A stretch of DNA of 64,000 nt from Candidatus Omnitrophota bacterium (GTDB lineage Bacteria; Omnitrophota; Omnitrophia; Omnitrophales; Aquincolibacteriaceae): NCBI GenBank assembly GCA_035352955.1, contig DAOPYQ010000001.1, positions 229,536 to 293,535 of the forward strand. The letters are read 5' to 3'. Made by a program: the position numbers and the translations under genes. The notes below the pieces were generated by a model. That model searched no databases. It saw nothing but the letters and a program-made list of their open reading frames with translations, and was not told the DNA's origin. Shown here one piece after another: positions 1 to 10,569 of the stretch. Numbering within the stretch: the first letter of the stretch is position 1; every line of letters starts with the position of its first letter.

Positions 1-1353
1 GCCGGCGAACATGATCCAGAAGGCGAGAGCGATCGACCGCGGCGGATTGGCCAATGCCGGTCCTGACGCCGGGGTCAGATACATCATCCGGATGATCCTG
101 AAGTAATAGTAGGCTGCGATCACGCTGTTGACCGCCGCGACGATTGCGAGTGTTATGAATTTTCCATGGATCGCTGCCGCGAATACGTAATATTTCCCGA
201 CAAATCCCGCGAGCGGCGGGAGTCCCGTGAGCGAAAGCAGGAAAACCGTCAGAAGCGCTGCGGCGACAGGGGAGCGTTCCGAAAGTCCAGCATAGTTAGA
301 GATATCGTCGCTTCCGGTTTCTTCGCTCACGAACGTGACCACTGCGAACGCACCAAGGTTCGTCAAAAGATAGGCCGCCAGATAGATCAGGATCGCTTCC
401 CGGCCAAGAAGCGTGAACACCGCAAGTCCCATCAAGATGTACCCGGCCTGCGCGATGCTGGAGTAAGCCAGGAACCGCTTCATGTTGGTCTGCGAGATGG
501 CGGTCAGGTTGCCGATCGTCATCGTGAGTATGGAAAGTGCGGTTAAAGCAAGGCTCCATCCCTCCCATGAAAGTCCAAAAACCGTAGCGAGAACCCGCAT
601 GAGGACTGCGAACCCGAGCGCTTTCGGCGCGACGGCCAGGAACGCGGTGACAGGCGTCGGTGCGCCTTCGTAAACGTCCGGCGCCCACATGTGGAAGGGA
701 GCCATGGAGATCTTGAACCCAAGGCCTACGAAGAAGCAAAGGACGGCGACGGCGGACAAGGGTTTGAAAGGCGCGTAAAAGAGGGCGTTTCCGATGACAG
801 GAAGTTCGAGAGATCCCGCAGCCCCGTAAACGAGTGACATTCCGTAAAGCATGATTCCCGAGCAGACGCTTCCGAAGAGCAGGTATTTGAGAGCGGCTTC
901 CTTTGATTTCGCGTCATTCTTTAGAAATCCGACCAAAACGTACGACACAAGCGAGACGAATTCGACCGCCAGGAAGATCATCAAGAGGTCGTTCGCCGCT
1001 GCGACGAGTGTGAGCGCAAATGCAGCGAGGAGCAACAGACCGTAAAATTCGCCTTCCTGTTTTCCGTGGAGCGGGGCGTAGCCGTAGGAGATGAGAAGCG
1101 TTACGCCGACGACCGCGAGCGCCAGAAGGCGGAAGAAGTGCGCGAAAGAATCCAGATAAAAGGCCCCGAAGAATAGGGGGAGCGGCTTTTCGGGAACCGT
1201 GTAGAGGCACGCGGTGAGAACGATCACCAGAAGGCTCAGAAGACCCAACGAGCGCTTGTTTTTTGCGAAGAAATCCGCCGCAAACACAACGAACGCCCCT
1301 CCCAACAGGACCAGTTCCGGAATAAAATATTTTAAACTTTCAACGGCGTTCAT
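1..1353 (-). CDS. nuoN: NADH-quinone oxidoreductase subunit N (C-terminus lies beyond the window edge)
   Basis: My own minus-strand translation from ATG (cat at 1351-1353) gives MNAVESLKYFIPELVLLGGAFVVFAADFFAKNKRSLGLL..., an antiporter-like polytopic protein. It continues to position 1 without a stop. Its start overlaps the nuoM stop. It is absent from the ORF track because it is truncated by the window edge. Confidence 0.8.
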   Translation of the reverse strand, partial: MNAVESLKYFIPELVLLGGAFVVFAADFFAKNKRSLGLLSLLVIVLTACLYTVPEKPLPLFFGAFYLDSFAHFFRLLALAVVGVTLLISYGYAPLHGKQEGEFYGLLLLAAFALTLVAAANDLLMIFLAVEFVSLVSYVLVGFLKNDAKSKEAALKYLLFGSVCSGIMLYGMSLVYGAAGSLELPVIGNALFYAPFKPLSAVAVLCFFVGLGFKISMAPFHMWAPDVYEGAPTPVTAFLAVAPKALGFAVLMRVLATVFGLSWEGWSLALTALSILTMTIGNLTAISQTNMKRFLAYSSIAQAGYILMGLAVFTLLGREAILIYLAAYLLTNLGAFAVVTFVSEETGSDDISNYAGLSERSPVAAALLTVFLLSLTGLPPLAGFVGKYYVFAAAIHGKFITLAIVAAVNSVIAAYYYFRIIRMMYLTPASGPALANPPRSIALAFWIMFAG

Positions 1354-1355
1354 CT

Positions 1356-2831
1356 TCAGACCTTCATTGTTTTGAGCAACGCATCAAGCGTCGGGATCAT
1401 GTAATTCAGGATGACCTTCGGATAAAGGCCGATCCCGATAATGAAAACCATGAGTGGCACCAGCGTCGCGAGCTCAAGGGGGTTTGCGTCCGGAAGATTG
1501 GCCCATTTCGGGTTCAATTTTCCGAGCAGGACTCGCTGGATCATGTAAAGAAGGTACGCAGCGGCCAGGATGATGCCGATCGTGGAAAGGCCGGTCACGA
1601 GCTTCGAATATTGGTACGAACCGAGGAGTGACAGGAATTCACTGATGAAACCGCTCAGGCCCGGTAGACCGAGCGAGGCGAGCGAAAAGAAGGTGAGGAC
1701 CCCGGCATAGACCGGCATCTTTGCGCCCAGTCCGCCGAAGTCATTCAGGTCCCGGGTGTGGGCGCGGTCGTAGATGATCCCGACCAACAAGAAAAGCCCG
1801 CCCGTGATCGTTCCGTGGTTGAACATCTGGAGAACGGCGCCGCGGAAGCCGTCGGCGTTCATGGCCGCGAGACCGAGCAGAACGAATCCCATGTGGCTCA
1901 CGCTCGAATAAGCGACCATTTTCTTGAAATCCGTTTGCGCCAATGCGATGAAGCCGCCGTAAATGATCCCGATCACTGCCAGTGTCGCCATCGCGGGCTG
2001 GAACCAGTGGGCCGCTTCAGGGAACAGCGGATAGCTGAACCGGAGAAAACCGTACGTTCCCATTTTCAGCAGGACGCCGGCAAGGATCACGCTGATCGGG
2101 GTCGGAGCTTCGACATGGGCGTCGGGCAACCAGGTATGGAACGGAAAGATCGGAACTTTGATCGCGAAGCCGAGGAAGAATGCCATAAAAACGATCTTTT
2201 GGAAAAGGAGGCTATGTTTAATCCCCACCAGTACGGTCATGTCGAAGGTGTGCATCGGCGACGCGAAATAAACGCCCAGGATGCCGAGGAGCATGAACAG
2301 GCTGCCCGCGAGGGTGTAAAGGAAGAATTTGATCGCGGCGTATTCTTTGCGCGGTCCGCCCCATATCCCGATCAGGAAATACATCGGCACCAGCACCACT
2401 TCCCAGAAGACGTAGAACAGAAAGAGGTCGAGCGAGAGAAAAGTTCCCATCATGCCGGTCTCAAGCAGCAGGTACAGGAAATAATATTCCTTTTCGCGGC
2501 CGTCTTTTACGCGGATATGGGAAAGCGAACCGAGACAGGCGATCAGGGAAATGAGTCCGGTCAAAAAGACCATCGGGAAGCTGATCCCGTCCGTGCCGAG
2601 AAGGTATTGCACGCCGAACTGGGGAATCCAGAGGGCCCGTTCCACCATTTGGAATCCCGCCTGTGCCGGGTTGAACAAAGCGAGCGCGTAACAGGTGAGC
2701 GCGAAGGTCACGAGGGTGGTCCCGAGCGCGATCCATTTGATAAGGCGCGGGGCATTTTTGGGGGCAAAAAGCACGGCGAACGCTCCCGCAAGCGGTATGA
2801 AAGTGATCAGGGATAAAATGTGAGAATTCAT
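1356..2831 (-). CDS. nuoM: NADH-quinone oxidoreductase subunit M
   Basis: 491 aa polytopic protein with antiporter-like NuoM motifs (FFLYTLAGSLFMLLG, WLPDAHVEAPTPISV). It sits between nuoL and nuoN. Confidence 0.9.
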   Translation of the reverse strand: MNSHILSLITFIPLAGAFAVLFAPKNAPRLIKWIALGTTLVTFALTCYALALFNPAQAGFQMVERALWIPQFGVQYLLGTDGISFPMVFLTGLISLIACLGSLSHIRVKDGREKEYYFLYLLLETGMMGTFLSLDLFLFYVFWEVVLVPMYFLIGIWGGPRKEYAAIKFFLYTLAGSLFMLLGILGVYFASPMHTFDMTVLVGIKHSLLFQKIVFMAFFLGFAIKVPIFPFHTWLPDAHVEAPTPISVILAGVLLKMGTYGFLRFSYPLFPEAAHWFQPAMATLAVIGIIYGGFIALAQTDFKKMVAYSSVSHMGFVLLGLAAMNADGFRGAVLQMFNHGTITGGLFLLVGIIYDRAHTRDLNDFGGLGAKMPVYAGVLTFFSLASLGLPGLSGFISEFLSLLGSYQYSKLVTGLSTIGIILAAAYLLYMIQRVLLGKLNPKWANLPDANPLELATLVPLMVFIIGIGLYPKVILNYMIPTLDALLKTMKV

Positions 2832-2907
2832 TTAGTTCTCCTTATCGAACTTCGGACGGTGAAGGGCAGAAGACGCCTCGTCATGCGCCCTCCTCCCTCC
2901 GTCATCC

Positions 2908-4857
2908 TTAAATTAATTTCAACTGCCAAGCGATAAAAGCAAGAAACCCTAAAAACGCGAACAACATGTAATTTTGGACCAATCCTGTCTGCAGGCGTTT
3001 GACGATCGCGTTCAGGAAATACGTCAGGGCGCCCATGAAATTCACCAAGCCGTCGACGACGTGCTGGTCGAACCAATTTTTAAGGCGGCTCAGGAACAGG
3101 GTGTTCTGTCCCGTCCCGTTCACGGCGCCGTCGACGACCGCCTCATCAAAGCTGAAAAGGATCCGTCCGATGGCGGTGAAAGGCTTGATAATGAACCGGG
3201 AGTAGAGCTCGTCGAAATAAAACTTGTTCAGGGAAAGACGGTAGAAAGTCGGGAACACCGAGGCGGTTTTTTCTGCCCAGGCGGTTTTCTTCAAATAGAT
3301 CACGCCCGCGAGTCCGATCCCAAGAACGGCGACAGTGATCGAACAGCCCATGACAAAAGCCGAAGGTTCGTATTCGGGATAATGGGTCATATGCGCCATG
3401 AATTTCTGGAACCAGTGGTGCATGAACGGCGAACCCGGGATGCCGATCACGATCGATCCGATCGCAAGCGCCCACAAAGGGAGCGTCATCACAGCGGGAG
3501 ATTCGTGAGCATGAACATGCGGGTCGCGCGCTTTTCCGAAGAAGGTCATAAAAATAAGACGGAACATATAAAACGCCGTCATGAAGGCCGTGAGCAGCAG
3601 GACGCCGAAGACGAGAATATTGCCTGAGGCGAAGGCCGTCAGAAGGATCTCATCTTTGGACCAGAACCCCGAAAGCGGCGGGATGCCCGCGAGCGCGAGG
3701 CTTGCGATGATGAACGTGGTCGCGGTATGGGGCATTTTTTTGAATAGTCCGCCCATCTGGCGGATGTCCTGGACGTGCGTCCCGTGGATCACGCTTCCCG
3801 CACCGAGAAAGAGCAAGGCTTTGAAAAAGGCGTGCGTGGTCAGATGGAACGTGCCGGCCCCGAGTCCCATAAGTCCGAGCCCTGTTACCATGTAGCCGAG
3901 TTGCGAGATCGTCGAATAGGCAAGGATGCGCTTGATATCCGTTTGCGTGAGCGCGATGAATGCGGCCATAAAGGCGGTGATCGTGCCGATCGTTGTGACG
4001 AACGGAAGCACGTCTCTTACGGCCATGAAAAGACTGAACGAACGGGCCACAAGGAAAACGCCGGCCGCCACCATGGTGGCGGCGTGGATGAGAGCGCTGA
4101 CCGGGGTCGGACCTTCCATCGCGTCCGGCAACCATACATGGAGCGGGAATTGCGCGGATTTTCCGATCGTGCCGCAGAAAATAAGGAGCGATGCCGCGAC
4201 GAGCAGGGAAACGGGGATCAGCATCGCCGGGCCCGTATAGGTTCCGTCCATGATGGCATTCATTTTCGAGAAGCTCAACGTGCCGATCGCCGTGAAAAGC
4301 GTCAGGAATCCGAGTAGGAAGCCGACGTCACCGATCCTCGTGGTAAGGAACGCTTTGAAGCAAGCTTTCGCGGCCGATTCTTTCTCGAAATAAAAACCGA
4401 TCAGGAGATACGAACAAAGTCCCATGATCTCCCACGCCATGAAGAAGAGAAGATAATTGTCCGAGATGACGAGTGTGAGCATGGCCGACATAAAAAGAGA
4501 GACGTAAGCGAAGAAACGGCTATAGCGCGGGTCGCCTGCCATATAACCCGAAGCGTAGATCTGGATCAGCGTGCCGACGATCGTGACCATGAAAAGCAGC
4601 GTTGCGGAAAGGGGGTCCATTAGATAGCCGAATTGCAGAGAGCCTTTGCCGATCGCAAGCCAGGTGATCTGGTTCGCGAAATGAGCGCCATGGAAGACTG
4701 CCCAGCAGACCGGAAGCGCGATCGCGCATGCTACGGCGCTGGTCGCGACCGAAAGCCACGCGGCACGGTGCTTCAGCCGGCGGCCCGCCAAGATATTGGC
4801 GATGAAGGCCGCGAACGGGAGCAGGGGAACCCACAGGATATGATCGGCGCTTACCAT
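2908..4857 (-). CDS. nuoL: NADH-quinone oxidoreductase subunit L
   Basis: 649 aa with N-terminal antiporter-like domains and a long C-terminal extension, as in NuoL ([22 protein letters not shown]). Confidence 0.9.
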   Translation of the reverse strand: MVSADHILWVPLLPFAAFIANILAGRRLKHRAAWLSVATSAVACAIALPVCWAVFHGAHFANQITWLAIGKGSLQFGYLMDPLSATLLFMVTIVGTLIQIYASGYMAGDPRYSRFFAYVSLFMSAMLTLVISDNYLLFFMAWEIMGLCSYLLIGFYFEKESAAKACFKAFLTTRIGDVGFLLGFLTLFTAIGTLSFSKMNAIMDGTYTGPAMLIPVSLLVAASLLIFCGTIGKSAQFPLHVWLPDAMEGPTPVSALIHAATMVAAGVFLVARSFSLFMAVRDVLPFVTTIGTITAFMAAFIALTQTDIKRILAYSTISQLGYMVTGLGLMGLGAGTFHLTTHAFFKALLFLGAGSVIHGTHVQDIRQMGGLFKKMPHTATTFIIASLALAGIPPLSGFWSKDEILLTAFASGNILVFGVLLLTAFMTAFYMFRLIFMTFFGKARDPHVHAHESPAVMTLPLWALAIGSIVIGIPGSPFMHHWFQKFMAHMTHYPEYEPSAFVMGCSITVAVLGIGLAGVIYLKKTAWAEKTASVFPTFYRLSLNKFYFDELYSRFIIKPFTAIGRILFSFDEAVVDGAVNGTGQNTLFLSRLKNWFDQHVVDGLVNFMGALTYFLNAIVKRLQTGLVQNYMLFAFLGFLAFIAWQLKLI

Positions 4858-5162
4858 TTCAGTAAATTGACCTCATCGGTGTAAACGGTTTTCCGGACCC
4901 GGAAGAGGGCCAGGACGATCGCAAGGCCGACGGCCGCGGACATGGCGGCGATAGCGATCACAAAAAGCGCAAAGATCTGCCCGGTTTCTGGCGCGAGCGA
5001 AGTGGTCTTAGAGAACGCGATCAGGTTAATGTTGGCAGCGTTCAACATCAGCTCGATGGAGATCAGGATCCCGATGATGTTGCGCCGGACCAGGGCCCCG
5101 TAGATGCCGATTGCGAACAGCAAAAGCGAAAAGATAAGAATGTGCGGTAAAGGAACGATCAT
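4851..5162 (-). CDS. nuoK: NADH-quinone oxidoreductase subunit K
   Basis: The track ORF 4851..5570 is over-extended at its 5' end. The real 103-aa product starts at [22 protein letters not shown] (cat at 5160-5162). That start overlaps the nuoJ stop as ATGA. It has 3 TM segments, as in NuoK. Confidence 0.85.
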   Translation of the reverse strand: MIVPLPHILIFSLLLFAIGIYGALVRRNIIGILISIELMLNAANINLIAFSKTTSLAPETGQIFALFVIAIAAMSAAVGLAIVLALFRVRKTVYTDEVNLLKW

Positions 5163-5680
5163 GATTTCTCCTCGGGATCTTTCTTGGCGATCACTACGGC
5201 GCCGATCAGGGCTGCGATCAAAATAACGGAGATGATCTCGAAGGGGAACACGTAGGACCCCATGAGCGCTTTGCCAAGGCTCATCACCGAGGTGCCGGTG
5301 GCGAGCGCTCGTTTTGTAACAGGCCAGGGTGTCCTGAGGATTACGAGTCCGATCATGAAAATAAAACCCAGGAGTCCCAGGATCGCGGCGGGGCTTTGGC
5401 GGTTCGTCTGCCGGATCGTTTTTTCGCCGAGATGTTCCGTCAGCATGATGGCGAAGATGATCAGGGTCATAACCGCACCGACGTAAACCAGGATCTGGAT
5501 CGCAGCTACGAAATCCGCCCGGAGCGCGAGGTAAACGGTTGCGGTGCCGACGAGTACGGCCGCGAGGCACAGGGCGCTATGGAACAAGTTACGGAGCGTG
5601 ACGACTCCCAGGGCGAACACAAGGACGAGAGCCATCACGATATAAACCCCGAATTTAGCGCCGATCGTCAGAATTTCCAT
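5159..5680 (-). CDS. nuoJ: NADH-quinone oxidoreductase subunit J
   Basis: 173 aa membrane protein, NuoJ-like, in operon position. Confidence 0.85.
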   Translation of the reverse strand: MEILTIGAKFGVYIVMALVLVFALGVVTLRNLFHSALCLAAVLVGTATVYLALRADFVAAIQILVYVGAVMTLIIFAIMLTEHLGEKTIRQTNRQSPAAILGLLGFIFMIGLVILRTPWPVTKRALATGTSVMSLGKALMGSYVFPFEIISVILIAALIGAVVIAKKDPEEKS

Positions 5681-5682
5681 AG

Positions 5683-6870
5683 TTAATCCGCCAGGGGGTA
5701 AGCCCGTTTTTCGGGCACGAAATGCCGGTTAAGTTTGACAAGGGTCCAGAGGGAGACGATGAGGATCGGTACGGAATAAAGCCAGGCGGTTCGCTCCGGA
5801 ACGAACTGCCAGAGGCCGGCCACGAGGATATTGATCAGCGTGAGCGGCAGCAGGAATTTCCAGGCGAATCCCATCAGTTGGTCGACCCGGAAGCGCGGGA
5901 AAGTTCCCCGGAACCAGATCATGACGCAGATGAGAAGAAACGTCTTCCCGAAGAACCAGAGCCAGGAGGGGAGGAAAGGCCCCTGCCAGCCGCCGAGGAA
6001 AAGCGTTGTCGCGATTCCGCAAAGGGTGAAGGCGTTCATATATTCCGCCATATAAAAGAGCGCGAATTTCATACCGCTATATTCCGTATGGAACCCCGCC
6101 ACGAGCTCAGATTCCGCTTCCGGAAGGTCGAACGGCGGCCGGTTGCATTCCGCGACCGCACAAAGGAAGAAGATCATAAAACCCGTCAATCCCCACGGCG
6201 TGAAGACGAACCAGTGAAGGTCCACGTCCCCGCACTGGGTCATAACGATCGTGTTCGTGGAAAGGCTCTGGCTCATCATGATGACCGGAACGACCGAGAG
6301 CGTCATTGGGATTTCATAGGAGATCATCTGCGCCGCCGTGCGCATGCCGCCGAGGAGCGAATATTTGTTCCGCGATGCCCAGCTGCCCATGAAGATCGGG
6401 ATCGTGGTGATCGAAGAGACGGCGATGAAATAAAGAATGCCGATATTGAGGTTCGCGGCGGTCATCCGTTCACCGAAGGGAACCACCAGGAACACCATCA
6501 GGGCCGGGATGACGATCACGATCGGCGCGAGCAGATGGATGAGCTTGTCCGCGTTTGCGGGCACGATATCTTCTTTGGTGAACATTTTGATACCGTCGGC
6601 GATTGGTTGGAGAAGGCCCCAAATCCCCACGCGGTTCGGTCCATAGCGATTCTGAATGCGGCCGATCAATTTTCGCTCGAGGAGCGTCAGGTACATCATG
6701 ATGATCGGCCCCATGCAAAGGATCACGACGCCGCTGATCACGATCGAGGTGAGTACGACGATCCATCCCGGAAGGAATTTTCCAAGGAGGTCCAGGAACC
6801 ATCCTTTCGCGTTCACAAACGAAAGGTCTACGGCAAATTCAATGCTTCTCAACCAACCTGGCATTGTCAT
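5683..6870 (-). CDS. nuoH: NADH-quinone oxidoreductase subunit H
   Basis: 395 aa. NuoH/ND1 hallmarks: LLERKLIGRIQNRYGPNRVG and PFDLPEAESELVAGFHTEYSG. Confidence 0.9.
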   Translation of the reverse strand: MTMPGWLRSIEFAVDLSFVNAKGWFLDLLGKFLPGWIVVLTSIVISGVVILCMGPIIMMYLTLLERKLIGRIQNRYGPNRVGIWGLLQPIADGIKMFTKEDIVPANADKLIHLLAPIVIVIPALMVFLVVPFGERMTAANLNIGILYFIAVSSITTIPIFMGSWASRNKYSLLGGMRTAAQMISYEIPMTLSVVPVIMMSQSLSTNTIVMTQCGDVDLHWFVFTPWGLTGFMIFFLCAVAECNRPPFDLPEAESELVAGFHTEYSGMKFALFYMAEYMNAFTLCGIATTLFLGGWQGPFLPSWLWFFGKTFLLICVMIWFRGTFPRFRVDQLMGFAWKFLLPLTLINILVAGLWQFVPERTAWLYSVPILIVSLWTLVKLNRHFVPEKRAYPLAD

Positions 6871-7466
6871 AGGGCCGGTCCTTGTGGGGGCTGTGCTGCC
6901 GCCCGTTTTTTCTCTTCCGCGATGCGCCGTTTCTCAGTGACCGCCGCCGCGAGGGTCGGGCGGACTTTCAGGAAATAGTCATTGGATTTCAGGAGGTCTT
7001 CCTTGTGTTTCAGGAGATCCGTCCGGTTTCCCATGGCCGTGGTTTCAAAGGCGTGGTCCATGTAGATCGAGTCGAACGGGCAGACGGCTTCGCACATCCC
7101 GCAGTTCATGCAAAGGCTGTAGTCGATATTAAAGATCTCGGGTCGGCGCGCCGGTTTACCGGCCCCAACTTTTATGTTTTTTTGATCAACGGTGTTTGGG
7201 ACCGCAGCGTCCGTTGCCATGGTGATCGAAATGCATTTCGGCGGGCACTCACGTTCGCAGATCCCGCAGGCCACGCAGCGGATCTTGTCCGGGGAGCCGT
7301 CATAGACCAGGAAGGGGAAGTTCCGGAAATTCTCGAATTCCGCGCAGCGTTCCTCGGGGTACTGGACCGTGAAGATTCCGCCGCTTCCGGGTTTGCAGAA
7401 ATAAGAGGTTACAAAGTTCTTGAGCGTGACCCACAGGCCTTTAAGAATACCCATGCCGAACATCAT
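6867..7466 (-). CDS. nuoI: NADH-quinone oxidoreductase subunit I (2x[4Fe-4S] ferredoxin-like)
   Basis: Two CxxCxxCxxxCP motifs ([13 protein letters not shown] and [13 protein letters not shown]). The track ORF runs 44 codons into nuoD. The likely start is [10 protein letters not shown] (cat at 7464-7466), which overlaps the nuoD stop. Confidence 0.85.
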   Translation of the reverse strand: MMFGMGILKGLWVTLKNFVTSYFCKPGSGGIFTVQYPEERCAEFENFRNFPFLVYDGSPDKIRCVACGICERECPPKCISITMATDAAVPNTVDQKNIKVGAGKPARRPEIFNIDYSLCMNCGMCEAVCPFDSIYMDHAFETTAMGNRTDLLKHKEDLLKSNDYFLKVRPTLAAAVTEKRRIAEEKKRAAAQPPQGPAL

Positions 7467-8611
7467 CGGTCCGTCTCCCCGAGCACGATGTCGATGCTCC
7501 CAAGAATGATGATCGCGTCCGCGATCTTTTGGCCCAGGCAAATGTCCTCGAGCACGGTCAGATTGATGAGGGACGGCGCGCGGACGTGGTAGCGCCACGG
7601 CTGGGGCGTCCCGTCGCTGACAAGATAGTAGCCCAGTTCTCCCTTCGGCGATTCGATACGGGCGTAGGCTTCTCCCACCGACGGTTTCAGATTGCGCGGC
7701 ATCTTGAGGAGGGGGAGCGTCTTTTTATTCAGGATCTCGCCCTGGGGGATTTTTGAAAGAGCCTGTTTCAGGATCTTCAAGCTTTCGCGCATTTCGAGGA
7801 TGCGGACATAATAGCGGTCGTAGACGTCGCCCTTGGTGCCGAGCGGGATTTTGAAATCAAAACGGTTGTAGATACTGTAGCCGTCGACCTTGCGGATGTC
7901 GTAATTCACGCCCGAGGCGCGGAGCACGGGGCCGGTGATGCTTGAGTTGATCGCGAAATCCGCGGGAAGTACGCCCACGTGCTGACAGCGCATGCAGAGG
8001 ATCTCGTTTTTCGTGAGCAGCGCTTCAAATTCATCGAGAAAGGCCGGGAGTTTGGCGACGATCCCGCCGATGGCGGCAAGGTTTTCCGCCGTCAGGTCGC
8101 GTTTGACGCCTCCAAAACGGAAGTAATTGCACATCATGCGTGAGCCCGAGACTTCCTCGAAGATGTCGAGGATCTTTTCTCGCTCGCGGAAGGCGTAGAG
8201 GACCGGCGTGAAGAATGCGCCGAGGTCGTTTAGGAGGAATCCGATGACCGCCATGTGGTTCACGATGCGGGTCAGCTCCGCCATGATGACGCGGATGTAT
8301 TCCGCGCGTTCCGGGACTTCGATCCCGGCAAGCTTCTCAACCGCGAGCGCGTAGCCGAAGTTATTCGACATGGCGTTGATGTAATCCAGCCGGTCCGTAT
8401 AGGGCATGATCGCCGCGTAGGGGAGGTTCTCCGCGATCTGTTCCTGGTTGCGGTGAAGATAGCCCATGACCGGTTTCAGGGCGCAGACCTTCTCGCCTTC
8501 CAGCATGACGTTCATGCGGAAGACCCCGTGCGTGGACGGGTGCTGTGGCCCGAAATTGATCTCGAGCATCGACGGATTTTCTGTTTGTTTTATCTCAAAG
8601 GTGTTTGCCAT
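7463..8611 (-). CDS. nuoD: NADH-quinone oxidoreductase subunit D (49 kDa)
   Basis: 382 aa. Contains [14 protein letters not shown] and the C-terminal motif RAPSLINL. Confidence 0.9.
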   Translation of the reverse strand: MANTFEIKQTENPSMLEINFGPQHPSTHGVFRMNVMLEGEKVCALKPVMGYLHRNQEQIAENLPYAAIMPYTDRLDYINAMSNNFGYALAVEKLAGIEVPERAEYIRVIMAELTRIVNHMAVIGFLLNDLGAFFTPVLYAFREREKILDIFEEVSGSRMMCNYFRFGGVKRDLTAENLAAIGGIVAKLPAFLDEFEALLTKNEILCMRCQHVGVLPADFAINSSITGPVLRASGVNYDIRKVDGYSIYNRFDFKIPLGTKGDVYDRYYVRILEMRESLKILKQALSKIPQGEILNKKTLPLLKMPRNLKPSVGEAYARIESPKGELGYYLVSDGTPQPWRYHVRAPSLINLTVLEDICLGQKIADAIIILGSIDIVLGETDR

Positions 8612-8636
8612 GATCTCTTTAATCTGAATGTTCTAA

Positions 8637-8710
8637 TAAGCGCAACGCTCAACGTGCAACGTTAAAAATCGAGGTCCGTTCGTTGTGTGTTGCGCGTAGT
8701 ACGTTGAGCT
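8637..8710. repeat. palindromic intergenic element, CGCAACG/CTCAACG family (family A)
   Basis: The arm gcgcaacgctcaacgtgcaacg is matched by the inverted arm cgttgtgtgttgcgcgtagtacgttgagc in the nuoD-nuoC spacer. Related elements are at 14816-14896 and 45866-45921. A coding-embedded copy is at 29440-29471. Confidence 0.6.
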
Positions 8711-9308
8711 AGTTTTTAGGTTTTTCCGGTTTTTGCGCGACGGCGCGTTTTCCGGCCGCTTTCAACTCTTCGGCTTTCTGCTTCATTCCGTTCGGTACGG
8801 CAATGCCGCGCGCTTCAAGCCACGCGACGTCCGCTGTTTCCAGGGTTTCCGTATCTTCCTGCTCGTAATCCTTGCGAAGGGGAAAGCCTTCGAAACCTTC
8901 CCACATGAAAAGGCGCCGGAGGTCCGGGTGGCCTTCATAAAGAATGCCAAACGTGTCGTAAGCCTCGCGTTCCTGGTATTCCGCACCGCGGTAGACCGGA
9001 ACCAGCGAGGGAATTTTCGCGTTCGTTTTCGGAACGCGGACCCGGAGCGCGATCGGCCCGTGTTTCTTTTCCATCGAATAGAGGTGATAAACCGACTCGA
9101 GGTGATCGAGATAATCCGCGCCGGTGACGGAGGACAAGTAGTCCATCCGGAAGGCCGGACTTTCTTTTAGGAAGAGCGCGACCCTCGTGAGGTCGGCCGG
9201 GTTTTCGATCAAAAGGGAATCGCGGACTACGCGGAGTTTGACGTCCGGAAGTCTTGTTGAGAGTTCTTTTTTGACTTCTTCTATGGGAAGCGGCATAAGT
9301 TCAGGCAA
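8709..9308 (-). CDS. nuoC: NADH-quinone oxidoreductase subunit C (30 kDa)
   Basis: 199 aa, NuoC-like ([17 protein letters not shown]). Confidence 0.85.
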   Translation of the reverse strand: MPELMPLPIEEVKKELSTRLPDVKLRVVRDSLLIENPADLTRVALFLKESPAFRMDYLSSVTGADYLDHLESVYHLYSMEKKHGPIALRVRVPKTNAKIPSLVPVYRGAEYQEREAYDTFGILYEGHPDLRRLFMWEGFEGFPLRKDYEQEDTETLETADVAWLEARGIAVPNGMKQKAEELKAAGKRAVAQKPEKPKN

Positions 9309-10032
9309 CTCCCGGGGCCGGAGGTGTTGTGGGGACGGAGACGAGGTCCAGATTCGGGGCCTTGATCTTTTTCCCCGTCAGGATCGGCTGCCCGTAATGT
9401 TTTTTCCGGAGATTCTCTTTCGGCGGCTGCCAGACGTCAGGGTTGAATTTTGGGACGAGTCCGTTCGGACCAAGCTCCGGGATCGGGAATTCCCGTTTGA
9501 GGCCTTTCTGATACCATTCGGCTTTGAGGATCTCCTGCGAATCGATCTTTTCCTGGAGCTTCATCAGCCCGTGGAGCAGCGCTTCGGGGCGCGGGGGACA
9601 GCCCGGCAGGTGAACATCCACCGGAATGTAGCGGTCGATCCCGCGGACAACATTGTAACCGTCGACAAAAGGGCCGCCCGAGATGGCGCAGGCGCCCATC
9701 GTGATCACATACTTGGGTTCCGGCATCTGGTTATAAAGGCGGACAACCTGAGGCGCCATTTTCTTGGTGACCGTGCCGGAGATGATCATGAGATCGGCTT
9801 GGCGCGGGGAGGCCCGGAACAGTTCGGCGCCGAAGCGGGCAATATCGTAGCGGGCGGCGGCGGCCGCGATCATCTCGATCGCGCAGCAAGCGAGGCCGAA
9901 TTGCATCGGCCAGACAGACGAGCGGCGTCCCCAATTATAAAGGAAGTCGAGGGTGGTCCACACCACGCCTTTCTTTGCAAGGTCCGCGCGAAGCCGTTCG
10001 CTGACTGTATTTTTGTTTTTGGTCAATGCCAT
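9301..10032 (-). CDS. nuoB: NADH-quinone oxidoreductase subunit B (20 kDa, [4Fe-4S] N2)
   Basis: GLACCAIEM...[12 protein letters not shown]...LPGCPPRPE. The track ORF starts at 10107 and would overlap nuoA by 40 nt. An internal ATG at 10032 ([10 protein letters not shown]...) gives a non-overlapping 244-aa product. Confidence 0.8.
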   Translation of the reverse strand: MALTKNKNTVSERLRADLAKKGVVWTTLDFLYNWGRRSSVWPMQFGLACCAIEMIAAAAARYDIARFGAELFRASPRQADLMIISGTVTKKMAPQVVRLYNQMPEPKYVITMGACAISGGPFVDGYNVVRGIDRYIPVDVHLPGCPPRPEALLHGLMKLQEKIDSQEILKAEWYQKGLKREFPIPELGPNGLVPKFNPDVWQPPKENLRKKHYGQPILTGKKIKAPNLDLVSVPTTPPAPGVA

Positions 10033-10066
10033 TTTGGGTACGGAGTACAGGGTTACGGGGTTTTTA

Positions 10067-10447
10067 TTATTCCCACTCGAGCATTTTCTTTTTCCAGGCG
10101 TAGACAAGGCCGAAGGCGAGGATGGCGATAAAGATCACCATTTCGACGAACGCGAAAAGCCCCAGTTTTTTGAAGGCCACTGCCCAGGGATAGATAAAAG
10201 CGATCTCAATATCGAAAAGAACGAAGATCAGGGCATAAATATAATATTGAACGCGGTACCGGACCCAGGGGTCGCCCTCAGAGGCCAGGCCGCACTCGTA
10301 AGTCGCTTGTTTGTCCGCGGATGGCTTCTTGGGGGCCAAAAACCAGGCCAAAACGAGGGGGATCATGGCGAAAATGGCCGCAAAAACCACAAAAATTCCC
10401 ACAAACAGGTATTGATAGAAATAGGAGGTAACCGACATAGGGTGCAA
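10067..10447 (-). CDS. nuoA: NADH-quinone oxidoreductase subunit A
   Basis: 126 aa, 3 TM, NuoA-like (YECGL...[11 protein letters not shown]). First gene of the operon. An AT-rich putative promoter lies at 10448-10560. Confidence 0.8.
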   Translation of the reverse strand: MHPMSVTSYFYQYLFVGIFVVFAAIFAMIPLVLAWFLAPKKPSADKQATYECGLASEGDPWVRYRVQYYIYALIFVLFDIEIAFIYPWAVAFKKLGLFAFVEMVIFIAILAFGLVYAWKKKMLEWE

Positions 10448-10569
10448 TTATAGGAAGAAAGCCCCCAAAGTCAATGAAGATAAGGGGTTGCGGATCGGGA
10501 CAAAAAGGTTCCGCTTTTGAGTTTTAAACTGTAAAATAACCCCGTCTTTGTCCTCGTCAGCGGAGAAAT

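Noticed and set aside
1758-2816. 352-aa plus-strand ORF
   Set aside because: It is entirely antisense to nuoM. Its translation is Arg/Glu/Asp-rich and low in complexity, as expected for the reverse frame of a GC-rich membrane gene.
5722-6978. 418-aa plus-strand ORF
   Set aside because: Antisense to nuoH and nuoI, charged and low in complexity, with no domain.
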